The position numbers were made by a program, and so were the translations under genes. Source: Candidatus Woesebacteria bacterium (GTDB lineage: Bacteria; Patescibacteriota; Microgenomatia; UBA8517). Taken from it: a stretch of DNA of 64,000 nt. Below the pieces are notes generated by a model. It saw only the letters and a list, made by a program, of their open reading frames with translations. It did not search any database and was not told the origin of the DNA. This document shows, piece after piece, positions 30,108-39,489 of this stretch (positions within the stretch are counted from its first letter, which is position 1; the number at the start of each line of letters is the position of its first letter). The stretch covers positions 10,447 through 74,446 of the forward strand of contig CP055307.1 of NCBI GenBank assembly GCA_013374835.1, in the 5' to 3' direction.

Positions 30108-31124
30108 TTAGAATCCGATTAATTGCACCTCGGGAACGAGTGTAACTTTGTATTTTTGTTTAACATCCAGTACTATTTTTTCAGCCAGATTTTTAATGTC
30201 ATTTGCTTTTGCTTTGCCATCGGGGTTTATTAATATTAGCGCGTGTTTATCCGAAACTGCTGCTGTTTTGAAAGATTTTCCCTTCCAGCCTGCTTTTTCA
30301 ATAAGAAAGGCAGCCGATATCTTAAACTTGTTTCCCGCCGGATAGGCAGAAACTTCACCAATAATTTTTTTTAATTTTTGAAATTCGTTTTTACTGATTT
30401 CGGGATTTTTGAAAAATGATCCTGCATTTCCAATAATATTCCAATCCTCAAGCTTCGCCTTCCTTATTGCAAGCACAGCATTTCTTACATCCCACAAAGA
30501 AGGATTGTTGATACCGTTTTCATTTAGATAAAACGACAATGAGTCGTATTTAATTTTTGGAGTATTATCTTTCCTAAGTTTTAGGGTGACTTCAAAAATA
30601 ATAAACCTTCCCATTTCTTTTTTAAAGATGCTGTCTCTGTAGGCAAAACGGCAGTCTTTTTTATTCATCTTTATAAATTCCTCATTTTTTCTGTCAAAGG
30701 CTATAAGGCTTTCAAATGTGTCGGCAAGTTCTTGGCCGTAAGCTCCGATATTTTGGATAGGGGCGGCTCCAAGAGTGCCAGGTATGCCAGATAAACATTC
30801 AATACCGGATAAGCCTTTTTGAATTGATTTTTCTACCAGATAATCCCAAACTACTCCTGCTCTGCCGACTACAATATTACCTTTAATTTTAAGGCTTTTA
30901 TCGGTTATTTTTATAACCATGCCTTTTATGCCTTTGTCACTTACTAGGATATCGCTTCCCCCACCAAGAACAAACAAATTAATTTTTTTCTTTTTTGCAA
31001 AATCGTGAGCATAAATAATATCTTTTTTGTTTTTAACCTCAAAATAGAATTCTGCCGGACCTCCCAAATGAAAGGTTGTTAAATCTCTAAGTATTAAATT
31101 TTTTTTAATATTTCTTTTAACCAT
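30108..31124 (-). CDS. murB: UDP-N-acetylenolpyruvoylglucosamine reductase
   Basis: FAD-binding PCMH domain ('LTTFHLGGPAEFYF', 'GGGSDILV') and a MurB C-terminal domain. Confidence 0.8.
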   Translation of the reverse strand: MVKRNIKKNLILRDLTTFHLGGPAEFYFEVKNKKDIIYAHDFAKKKKINLFVLGGGSDILVSDKGIKGMVIKITDKSLKIKGNIVVGRAGVVWDYLVEKSIQKGLSGIECLSGIPGTLGAAPIQNIGAYGQELADTFESLIAFDRKNEEFIKMNKKDCRFAYRDSIFKKEMGRFIIFEVTLKLRKDNTPKIKYDSLSFYLNENGINNPSLWDVRNAVLAIRKAKLEDWNIIGNAGSFFKNPEISKNEFQKLKKIIGEVSAYPAGNKFKISAAFLIEKAGWKGKSFKTAAVSDKHALILINPDGKAKANDIKNLAEKIVLDVKQKYKVTLVPEVQLIGF

Positions 31125-31159
31125 CTAACTTCAGGTAAATCCTAGTTGGCTATAACAAT

Positions 31160-31603
31160 TTATGGCGCCACTTCTTTCCATCTAATTTTCTTTTTGTTTA
31201 AAGTTCTGGGGTAATTCCAGAGTATTTCAGGGGAGTATGTGAAGGATTCTGCAGGGGTATTTACATTTCCCTCTCTAAGATCCCTTTTAAGTGAAACACT
31301 CTGGGCATATACAGATCCGCGTATTTTTAGGGGTGAATCAGGATTTGGGTAGGAGGAGGCTGTTTCAAACTCACCCTGGGTGTAGAAAACCCCCTCAAGA
31401 GCATATTCATTTGCTGGGCTTGTTACTGATGGGATTACTGTGGTATTTCCACCTACTATTGCCATGAAGAAGTCTTGGGAAGGATTTGCCAGAGTTATCC
31501 TTCCTGCTATTGTTAGATTCCCCTCTACCATAAGGACTACCTTTCTTCCACCTGATATTGTTATGTTTCCGTTTATTGTTAAGTTTCCATTTCTTTGTAC
31601 CAT
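31160..31603 (-). CDS. hypothetical protein with short beta-helix-like 'NGN.TI.G' repeats
   Basis: ORF with an AAGGA RBS-like sequence upstream. It overlaps the 3' end of the upstream surface-protein gene in another frame. Confidence 0.4.
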   Translation of the reverse strand: MVQRNGNLTINGNITISGGRKVVLMVEGNLTIAGRITLANPSQDFFMAIVGGNTTVIPSVTSPANEYALEGVFYTQGEFETASSYPNPDSPLKIRGSVYAQSVSLKRDLREGNVNTPAESFTYSPEILWNYPRTLNKKKIRWKEVAP

Positions 31604-33507
31604 TCGTATCCTTCAGCGTCTGATCTTGCTCCAGAGAGGTTTGAGATGGCTGAACTGCTTATGGAGGTTACTAAAATGCGGGTTGGAATCAATGTTTGGA
31701 AAAGACGGTAGGAATAGTCTGTTTTTATATTTGAAATTGAATTTGCAAGCCAGAGGGTTTCTGAGACAATCCCCCTTGAATCTGCCTGTGCTGAGAAGTC
31801 TGCTCTTCTTCCTCCATAGATACCAACACCTGGTGTACCCCCAGAACCAGTTAGAATGAACACTGGGTTGCAAGCTGGGGGTGTACATGTTGGCGGTATG
31901 GGTGAGTCAAGATCCCCTGTGCCTGATATTACATCTCCTTCTTTTGCTTGTATCCATGGGTCTGGGGCTTGTATGTTTAGGGTTGATGTATCCTGACAGC
32001 GGACTACTCCATACATAACCCCCTCCCCTATTATTCTTGTGTTTCCTATTGAAAGGGCTGTTATGTCTGATCTAAAAGGCTGGGATGTATCAGGGGATGT
32101 AGCACTAGCTAAGGATGGGTTTTCAATTCTAAATCTTACTTCTGAGACAGTGCCGTTTGTTCCGTTTGCTATGGCTGCTATTTCCCTTTGTTCACCTATA
32201 ACCATATTTAAAGGATCTGGAAGAAGGTTAAGAGTACAGCTTGGGGCTGAAACAGTAAAGGATGCTGTATCTGAGCAGGTTGGACTGCCATTAACATATA
32301 CTGTTCCTGTTATTGTTACAGTTCCTGGGGAAATGGCGGTAATTCTGGTATTAAAAGGAAAGGAAAAATCAGGTGAAACCACATTTGCTATTGAGCTGTT
32401 GCTGGAGGAAAAAGAAACAAAAGAAACTGATCCGTTTCTAACGCTTATTGAAGCATTTAAAGTAGCACTCTGACCGATATTTGTTGTCATAGATCTTGGA
32501 TTAAGGGAGATGCTGCAGCTTGGAGGAGGTGGTGGTGTGGGACGAGGTGTGGGAACAGGTGGCACAGGTGTTGAGCCAGGGCGGGGTGTGGGTGTTGATG
32601 GTGCTGGTGTTGAGCCAGGGCGAGGAGTTGGGGTTCTGGGGGGAGTTGTTGGAGCAAATGTTGGTGTTACAGATGAATCTGTTATTGTAATTAATGCACT
32701 TGAATGGCAGCGCTCTACTCCATTTACCAAGCCTCTTGCATATATTCTTGTTTGTCCTGCTGATACTGGTCTGAAATACATATAATAGTAAGGCCCACTT
32801 GTTGAAGGATTTATTATTGGTCCACCCCAGGGAGCATTTCTAATCCTTACTACATTTGTATCATTAACTGTCCAGAGAACTTTAAAATCTGCTTCTGGAG
32901 GATTAAATTGAAGGTAGCAGTTATTAACCTTTATTCTACTGCAATCAGGGAGAATCCCTCTTCTGAAGTATGCTGTTGAGATGTCAAATGTTCCACTGTC
33001 AACTCTTCCCAAAAGACACCACTGGGGGGCTGAACCACCTCCACTGGGTGCACACCTTGCTGGATCCCATACACAATTTCCTTCCCAAAGGACACATTCT
33101 GAAGTGGGATGACCACAGCTACTACAAGAGCCACAGCCACCACTTCCACCTGGAGCAGTGGTTGGAGTGGGGGTTGACCCACCTCCTCCACCACCAGTTG
33201 TGTAGCAACCGTCAGTCGATCGAACTGTTGAATCACTAATCACACATCCAGAAGGACCAGCAGAACAATAATAATCAACTCTCCTTATTAATCCCCTACA
33301 GTCATAGCCATCAAAAGCACAGCTAACAGATGCTATTCTTGGTCTACCGACACACTGGTATGAACCGGGATCGCCTTCACAACTATATGCAGTATATGTT
33401 GTTGATGCTGTTCCACTGCATGTTTGTGCATTAACTGATTTATTTGTTAGAAAAAAAAGAAAAAATACGCCAAAGATTAAAAGAGCTGTTTTTAAGTGCT
33501 TAGTCAT
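31579..33507 (-). CDS. large secreted surface protein: Cys-rich N-domain, poly-Gly, Pro/Thr-rich repeats, Ig-like (Big) domains
   Basis: Signal peptide and an N-terminal domain with 18 Cys. The 'GGGGGGSTPTPTTAPGGSGGCGSCS' segment is shared with the small Cys-rich protein at 39079..39468. PTPRPGSTP repeats are present. Confidence 0.6.
   Translation of the reverse strand: MTKHLKTALLIFGVFFLFFLTNKSVNAQTCSGTASTTYTAYSCEGDPGSYQCVGRPRIASVSCAFDGYDCRGLIRRVDYYCSAGPSGCVISDSTVRSTDGCYTTGGGGGGSTPTPTTAPGGSGGCGSCSSCGHPTSECVLWEGNCVWDPARCAPSGGGSAPQWCLLGRVDSGTFDISTAYFRRGILPDCSRIKVNNCYLQFNPPEADFKVLWTVNDTNVVRIRNAPWGGPIINPSTSGPYYYMYFRPVSAGQTRIYARGLVNGVERCHSSALITITDSSVTPTFAPTTPPRTPTPRPGSTPAPSTPTPRPGSTPVPPVPTPRPTPPPPPSCSISLNPRSMTTNIGQSATLNASISVRNGSVSFVSFSSSNSSIANVVSPDFSFPFNTRITAISPGTVTITGTVYVNGSPTCSDTASFTVSAPSCTLNLLPDPLNMVIGEQREIAAIANGTNGTVSEVRFRIENPSLASATSPDTSQPFRSDITALSIGNTRIIGEGVMYGVVRCQDTSTLNIQAPDPWIQAKEGDVISGTGDLDSPIPPTCTPPACNPVFILTGSGGTPGVGIYGGRRADFSAQADSRGIVSETLWLANSISNIKTDYSYRLFQTLIPTRILVTSISSSAISNLSGARSDAEGYEWYKEMET
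32567..32644. repeat. two tandem 39-nt coding repeats (ggtgttgagccagggcg.gg.gt.gg…) encoding the TPRPGSTP(A/V)P linker
   Basis: 'ggtgttgagccaggg' occurs at 32567 and 32606, and the flanking bases match. Confidence 0.6.
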
Positions 33508-33973
33508 ATTTATGGATTACAATATTTATTCTGCCATAGCCTTCTTTTCCCACCTTTGGATCAATATTTATGTTTTCGTCAAAAAACAGAACTGTTACCG
33601 GTGTATTTCTCTGAAAGCTTTGGTAAAGCTCCGAAGACTCAAATATTCTCCACAAAAATTCGCTTTGTCTTTCGTCGGTATTTAAAGTAATCATTGTGGA
33701 ACTTGGATCAAAAAAAATTTTTGTTCTTGAATCTTCAGCACTTGCCAGAGTTAATTCTGCTTGATCCTTATTCAAACTAAAACCACTAACTACCCCGGTA
33801 AATACGCTTTTACCCAAAGTATTATTAAAAACCAACCCATAAATCATCTTTTCTCCTTTGTAATAAACGCTTGGAAAACCAAGCTTCCTGTTCTGATACT
33901 CAAGTAACACAAACAAAAAAACAAAAACCATAATAAAAAGAAGAGCCACAACAGCAAAAAGTATCTTTTTCAT
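33500..33973 (-). CDS. hypothetical small membrane-anchored protein
   Basis: N-terminal TM helix (ILFAVVALLFIMVFVFLFVLL). Lies downstream of paralog P1. Confidence 0.45.
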   Translation of the reverse strand: MKKILFAVVALLFIMVFVFLFVLLEYQNRKLGFPSVYYKGEKMIYGLVFNNTLGKSVFTGVVSGFSLNKDQAELTLASAEDSRTKIFFDPSSTMITLNTDERQSEFLWRIFESSELYQSFQRNTPVTVLFFDENINIDPKVGKEGYGRINIVIHKYD

Positions 33974-34042
33974 ACCAACGCTCCCAGATAATTCACTTTA
34001 ACATAGCGCAAGAAGTTAACTCAAGCGTTGGTATATAATCAA

Positions 34043-35944
34043 TTATCTTCTTATATTCAGTGAATGGCTTATGCCAATATAGTAGATGTTATCTTTATTA
34101 AGAGACGCATCCCCTAAACCAATTGCTAAGCTTCTAAACTGATTATTGTACTCTTTTACTGAATAAGCTATTTGATCTGTTAACTTAACTAAACTTACAC
34201 GATTATTAACAATATCAACAAGCTGACCCAAATATTCCTCCCACGAATCCAAATAAAACGATATCCACGGCGATATTTTGGTACCAGGAATTAATTTCGG
34301 CAACACATACGTTTGAGTGTCTCGATCAACATCCACCCTGCCTCCCGAGATAATTTTCTCTTTTGGTATCGACACTGCAATTAAATAATCTTTACCGCTA
34401 TCCTTGTGGCGCGCAAGCATTAGGATGTCAATAACTTCAAGCTCACCTCCAAAATTAGCTTCTTCTATGATTTGATTTGTTTCAGGATCCCTAAGAAAAA
34501 GTCCTGTTATTACCCTCTCCCCCAAAAAACCAACAAAGGCACCATCGGGTGAAATTGAAATGTCTTTATAATACGAGTAGTTTTCAGACTTAAAAAGACT
34601 AACACCATCATGATAACCATCTGATTTAATCTGATAACTCTTTCCATCTACCACTATACTTCCTGAAATCACATTACGATCAACTCCAGAATAATACACC
34701 TTTGTATCTGGAGTTACAGCATATTCCCCCTGCCAAGGTCTTCCAAGATATTCTCCGTTGGTTCCAAATATTTCATTTGAATAGCCTAAAAATATTTCCT
34801 CCGACTCCCTAAAATAGTTAAAGCTATTAATATTTGGACCTACTGCTACTTTTCTTAAGGGGATATTTCCCTGAAACAGAGAGTAAGCAACCCAGGCGTA
34901 TTCTACCTGATCTTCTGGTGTGGGAGTTTCTACAAGGATCCATGTATAGCCTTCATTTGACACCTCTATCATTTCATCTTCGTTTATAATTGCCCCTAAA
35001 AGGTCTAAATTATCAGGTATTCCCTCAGGGTTGGGGATCACAACTTTATCGTTTATCTGCCCCAAGATTTGAGAGGTGGTATTTGGCTCTTTTCTTAAAT
35101 TTACATTTGCTCCTTGTGAGAAGGTTCTGAGTGTAAGAAAGTATGCAGCTTCCTTAGTAATTATTTGTGATATGTTTCCATCTTTGTCTACCTCCACAGG
35201 GATGAGTGATCCATTGGCTGGGAATTCAAAGGATCTGTTTTCATTTATGTATCCACATCTTGTCAGAGCTTTTAGTAGATCCTCCTTGAGTGTATCGTCT
35301 AATTTTGCAATGACTATTTTTGATCCTTCCTCCGCTGGATTAATCCAATGAAGGTCTCCTTCACTTCCATAAAATATTACTCCACCACTTTTATATTCTA
35401 CTTCATTCCAAGTAAAATCATTTTGTGCTTCAAGTACAACTGAAACTTTTTTGATTTCAGAATCTTTGTTTGTTTGGGTAAGAAGCTTTATGGACAGTTC
35501 TCCACCCCAGTTTTTTGCTTCTTCCTGCAAAAAAAGAACTCTTTCAAAACTTTGGGAAAGATCTGGATTGGTGATATTTTGAAGTTTTTCCATCTTTTCC
35601 GGATCAAGAGATACTGCCATCAGGGTGTCTGGAGCTTTCCTTGTTACTATCTCTGAGACAAGTCTTGATTCTTCATCCTCAAGGCTGATTGATGGTATTT
35701 CAGGAAGAAATTCTTTTTGAATTTGATTTTCTTTTGTTTCAAAGTCTGGAATAACTACATCACCCATTTGAGAAGCTCTAAACTCATCTACTGAACCTAT
35801 GTTTTGTGTGTGGGAATTTAATGAATTTGGATATGACTTTTGGGGATTTTTTTGATATTTTTCAGAAATAGGTCCAAGTGTTGAAGAAGAAAAAAATACA
35901 CCTGTAAAAAGAGCATCCACAGTCCCTTTAAACCTATCTTTCAT
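34043..35944 (-). CDS. paralog 1 of a three-member family of ~640-aa secreted SH3b-domain proteins
   Basis: Shares 'EAQNDFTWNEVEYKSGGVIFY' and the SH3b-like 'GANVNLRKEPNTTSQILGQI…GYTWILV' block with 36396..38312 and 39490..41433. Preceded by the conserved leader. Confidence 0.55.
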   Translation of the reverse strand: MKDRFKGTVDALFTGVFFSSSTLGPISEKYQKNPQKSYPNSLNSHTQNIGSVDEFRASQMGDVVIPDFETKENQIQKEFLPEIPSISLEDEESRLVSEIVTRKAPDTLMAVSLDPEKMEKLQNITNPDLSQSFERVLFLQEEAKNWGGELSIKLLTQTNKDSEIKKVSVVLEAQNDFTWNEVEYKSGGVIFYGSEGDLHWINPAEEGSKIVIAKLDDTLKEDLLKALTRCGYINENRSFEFPANGSLIPVEVDKDGNISQIITKEAAYFLTLRTFSQGANVNLRKEPNTTSQILGQINDKVVIPNPEGIPDNLDLLGAIINEDEMIEVSNEGYTWILVETPTPEDQVEYAWVAYSLFQGNIPLRKVAVGPNINSFNYFRESEEIFLGYSNEIFGTNGEYLGRPWQGEYAVTPDTKVYYSGVDRNVISGSIVVDGKSYQIKSDGYHDGVSLFKSENYSYYKDISISPDGAFVGFLGERVITGLFLRDPETNQIIEEANFGGELEVIDILMLARHKDSGKDYLIAVSIPKEKIISGGRVDVDRDTQTYVLPKLIPGTKISPWISFYLDSWEEYLGQLVDIVNNRVSLVKLTDQIAYSVKEYNNQFRSLAIGLGDASLNKDNIYYIGISHSLNIRR

Positions 35945-36049
35945 ATTATCCTATAATACCATAAATGGGTAGGATTTCCAGTATGAACATTCTTAACCGA
36001 AGCTCTACTTGGCCTTAATTCAAAACCCACTTTAATTATTATACTACAG
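35945..36049 (-). promoter_or_regulatory. conserved promoter / ~85-nt 5'UTR element (copy 1 of 3)
   Basis: About 90% identical to 38313..38418 and 41434..41577. The minus strand reads '(c)TGTAGTATAATAATTAAAGTGGGTTTTGAATTAAGGCCAAGTAGAGCTTCAG…TATAGGATAAnATG', with a -10 TATAAT and an AGGA SD. Confidence 0.5.
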
Positions 36050-36350
36050 TGGCAGGATTGCTTATTCTGCAGGAACCGGTCCAGTAATCACAGCCACTGG
36101 TATTGGGCATAATATTACAATCCGGATATACTCCACAACCTCTGTTTTGAGAGCCTTTGCAGTTATAATATTGGTGCGTAACCTCGTTATAGTCACAATT
36201 CCAATAACATGTAAATCCAGAACCTGTACATGTTTGAGCATTGATATCTTGGGGTATCAAAAAAAATACTAATAAAAAATAAAAAGAAAGAAGTGTGAAT
36301 AATAAAAATGTAATGTTAGTTTTCTTATCAACAAAAAGATAAGATGTCAT
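36039..36350 (-). CDS. small secreted Cys-rich protein (10 Cys), copy 1
   Basis: The signal peptide is followed by 'AQTCTGSGFTCYWNCDY…CKGSQNRGCGVYPDCNIMPNTSGCDYWTGSCRISNP'. The 3' coding DNA is near-identical to 39079..39468, and the 3' end abuts and overlaps leader copy 1. Confidence 0.6.
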   Translation of the reverse strand: MTSYLFVDKKTNITFLLFTLLSFYFLLVFFLIPQDINAQTCTGSGFTCYWNCDYNEVTHQYYNCKGSQNRGCGVYPDCNIMPNTSGCDYWTGSCRISNPATVV

Positions 36351-36395
36351 AATTATAATAATATTAAACTACTGAAGCTAAAAAAAGCAATGCTG

Positions 36396-38312
36396 TTAGC
36401 CAATAAGAACAAGATGTCGTTCACGGATCATTTTTGATTTTGTTCCTGCTGGGGTTACTACCTCTTGTTCATCTCCGATTACATTCTTTACTACGCTTTC
36501 TATCTCATTAACAAACCCTCCGACAACCGGCTTAAGTTTTACAAGTTCACCTCCATAACCTAAGCTATAAGCCATAAAAATGAAGAGTACATCCTCTGAA
36601 AGATAACTTTGAATCAATAAATTGCCATAATCATTCCGATTACTTGGTATTTCATATAATATTCTGCCCAACACATAATTTTGTTTCTTTTCAGGCTTAT
36701 AGCCATTTGCCACAGTATTATAACCCCAAGTAATTGTTTTATAAACATCCGCGGTCATATCCGAAGCTATTTGAATAAATAATCTATTGTTAGGATTTCC
36801 CATCCTAAATCTAGGGTGATCTTTAAAGGTGTCAATTATCCTGTTTATTAACTCCTCATCGTGATTGAATCTAGATCTTGACAAATCCTCCTGCCCCCTT
36901 AGGGTTCTATTTGCAAGATGAGTTGGATTTCCCTCTAGTCTCGCGTTTATTCCAAGCTCTGGAATAATAAGTGTATCAAGCGTTGTAACCCAACCGCTTT
37001 CAACATTTTGCCCCATCCCAGGCCTCCAAACAAATACTTTTCCATCCATGATCTTTACATATCCCCTTAGTTCATGGGAGTATTTTCCCTCTGCTTCATC
37101 TATTACTTCTTGGGGTGTATATTCTGTAACAGTTTCTTTTGTTCTCCTGTATTCTTCTTCTGTTATTCCGTATCTCTCCCATGGAGCTTCACCTGAATCA
37201 AAGTAGTATATTTCTTCTAAGGTTTTGAATCTTTTTTCATCAAGATTGTCAATTTTTATCCCCAAAACTTGAAATTCTCTTTTTAGTGTTATCAGGTTTC
37301 CTGCGGTCCAGCCTATTTTTCCATCTTTTGTCATTACCATTACCCACTCATTTACGCCCACTTTTTTGACTAACATCCTATTTTCTTCATCTTCTACTAC
37401 ACCATCTTCTCTTAAGGCAGGTGGTACTAAAGTGGGATCAACAATTATATTATTGTCTATTGAATTTTCTAATATGTTCTCATTTGTTGTTGTATCTGGG
37501 GTTTTTCTTATCCTTACTCCCTGGGTTCCTTGATACATTTGGCTCACAAAGTAAAAGCTTGCGTCTTTTGTTCTGACTTGTATGAGTTGCCCTTGCAAGT
37601 CTGTCTCTAAAACAACCCAACTACCGAGTTCAGGGAGTTTTAGTGTGTGGTAGCGATTGTATCCGGCAAGATCAAAGCCCTGCTTTATTTTGTCTACCAA
37701 ATCCCGATCTAGCTTTGTTATTGAAATATTTGTTTCTATGCCAAGATGCTTTGAGGGAACTATTGCACGAGCAAGTCCTTCACGGTCTATGAAAATTTCT
37801 GAGTCTTTTTTGATACTTACCGGGTTTCCTTCGCTATCAAGCCATTCAAAATCATTTTCGGCTTTGAGCATTATCCCCACTTGTTGGTTCTTAATATATA
37901 CTGCATCCTGATTTACCTCGGATTCATAGATAATATTTAGGTTTAGATTGCCTCCAAAACTTTCTGCATCCTTAATGGCTTCAAGTGCTGCTTGTGTGTA
38001 AGCCCAGAGCTCACTTCCCTCTTCAAGTTTAATATCTGGTACTAAGATGCCGTCTTCGCTCTCACTAAGATTGACCTTTTGAATAATCAAGCCTTCTTTA
38101 TCCACCCCTGAAGTTTCTAAAATAGACTCTGCCTCGGATTTGCGGAGAGCATGTTTGTCTATTGAGAGCAAGTCGTGAGAGAGCTTTTCTTGCTGATCTA
38201 GAAATTCTGGTCTAAGGAAAACTGAAGCGGTAGCAGCAGCAATAAGTTTTAAAAATTCACGCCTAGTTAGGTTTGCGCCAAACTCCTTCTTGGCCAAATT
38301 GTCAGGAGTCAT
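36396..38312 (-). CDS. paralog 2: Tat-signal (TRREFLKL) secreted SH3b-domain protein
   Basis: Twin-arginine motif 'LTRREFLKLIAAATASVFL'. The block 'PWERYGITEEEYRRTKETVTEYTPQEVIDEAEGKYSHELRGYVKI' is almost identical to the one in paralog 3. Confidence 0.6.
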   Translation of the reverse strand: MTPDNLAKKEFGANLTRREFLKLIAAATASVFLRPEFLDQQEKLSHDLLSIDKHALRKSEAESILETSGVDKEGLIIQKVNLSESEDGILVPDIKLEEGSELWAYTQAALEAIKDAESFGGNLNLNIIYESEVNQDAVYIKNQQVGIMLKAENDFEWLDSEGNPVSIKKDSEIFIDREGLARAIVPSKHLGIETNISITKLDRDLVDKIKQGFDLAGYNRYHTLKLPELGSWVVLETDLQGQLIQVRTKDASFYFVSQMYQGTQGVRIRKTPDTTTNENILENSIDNNIIVDPTLVPPALREDGVVEDEENRMLVKKVGVNEWVMVMTKDGKIGWTAGNLITLKREFQVLGIKIDNLDEKRFKTLEEIYYFDSGEAPWERYGITEEEYRRTKETVTEYTPQEVIDEAEGKYSHELRGYVKIMDGKVFVWRPGMGQNVESGWVTTLDTLIIPELGINARLEGNPTHLANRTLRGQEDLSRSRFNHDEELINRIIDTFKDHPRFRMGNPNNRLFIQIASDMTADVYKTITWGYNTVANGYKPEKKQNYVLGRILYEIPSNRNDYGNLLIQSYLSEDVLFIFMAYSLGYGGELVKLKPVVGGFVNEIESVVKNVIGDEQEVVTPAGTKSKMIRERHLVLIG

Positions 38313-38418
38313 GTTATCCTATAATATCATAAAATGAATAAATTTTCCAGTTTGAAGATTCTTAACTGAAGCTCTACTTGGCCTTAATTCAAAACCCACT
38401 TTAATTATTATACTACAA
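38313..38418 (-). promoter_or_regulatory. conserved promoter / 5'UTR element (copy 2 of 3)
   Basis: See copy 1; it lies immediately upstream of the paralog-2 ATG. Confidence 0.5.
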
Positions 38419-38458
38419 GGTGGGGACAGCCCGTGGTGAGATGAATTATAAAAAGAAA

Positions 38459-38941
38459 TCAAGAGGAAACTGGCAGTTCAAACCAAAAACTGCTCCCCTT
38501 ACCCGGTTCGGATTCAACACCAATATTCCCTTTAAATTTCTCAATCAAAAGCTTTGAGATATAAAGCCCCAATCCACTGCCTATTGTCTTGCCGACTTTT
38601 GATTTAACTCTATAAAACTTGCTAAAAAGCTTTTTTTGCTCCTCCTTTGATATACCCATTCCAGTATCAATAACTTCAAGCCTTACTATTTTCGAACCTT
38701 TATTGAATAACTTTATGGTGATTCCACCCTCCTCTGTATATTTAGTAGCGTTGCTTAAGAAATTAATAACCACCTCATGGAGTCTATCACGATCAACACG
38801 TACACGGTCCCGCAAATCGCTTTGGACTTCTAATCTAAACTCAAGATTCTTTCTCTCCGCTTTTTCATTTCTAAGTTGACCTAAAATAGACTCTTTCTCC
38901 TCTAAAAACATCTCTTTGAACGATTCCTTTATTCCCCACAT
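38459..38941 (-). pseudogene. sensor histidine kinase fragment: HATPase_c domain only, lacking the H-box and sensor
   Basis: N, G1 and G2 boxes are visible ('FLSNATKYT', 'VIDTGMGI', 'GSGLGLYISK'). The upstream in-frame sequence '…KYITRLVENLESRFDQISFNDTAT' has no HisKA phospho-acceptor His and hits a stop. Confidence 0.55.
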
Positions 38942-39078
38942 AGTGGCGGTGTCATTAAAACTTATCTGATCAAACCTTGATTCAAGATTTTCAACTAATC
39001 TTGTGATGTATTTTTATAATCGGTTCTGTTTTTATATACAAAAATCAAAGGGCCAATGTTTCCGTTTTCTATATCTGA

Positions 39079-39468
39079 TCAAAGTCCAAAATATCTTTCT
39101 TTAATATATTTACTGCATGAACCGCAGCCGCCGCTTCCACCCGGAGATGTGGTAGGTGCGGCAGTGGGAGCTGCTGTTGGTGCGGGTGTAGGATTGCTTA
39201 TTCTGCAGGAACCGGTCCAGTAATCACACCCACTTGTATTGGGCATGATTCCACAATCAGGATATATTCCACATCCTCTATTTTGGGAGTTACAGTTTGT
39301 CCAACGACAAGTGTGGTCACAGACTTGTCTGCACCCAAAGTAGCAAATAAACCCCGGTCCTGTGCAAGATTGAGAGTAAACATTTTTAGGTTCAACATAA
39401 AATAACAAAAGCGCACAAGACATAAAAAACAAAGATAGGTATTTTTTCATCAAATCCGTCCTAAGCAC
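39079..39468 (-). CDS. small secreted Cys-rich protein, copy 2, with a PAPTAAPT/GGSGGCGSCS tail
   Basis: 'SQSCTGPGFICYFGCRQVCDHTCRWTNCNSQNRGCGIYPDCGIMPNTSGCDYWTGSCRISNP' is followed by 'TPAPTAAPTAAPTTSPGGSGGCGSCSKY'. Confidence 0.6.
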   Translation of the reverse strand: MLRTDLMKKYLSLFFMSCALLLFYVEPKNVYSQSCTGPGFICYFGCRQVCDHTCRWTNCNSQNRGCGIYPDCGIMPNTSGCDYWTGSCRISNPTPAPTAAPTAAPTTSPGGSGGCGSCSKYIKERYFGL

Positions 39469-39489
39469 AATATATCAAAGAATCAGAAG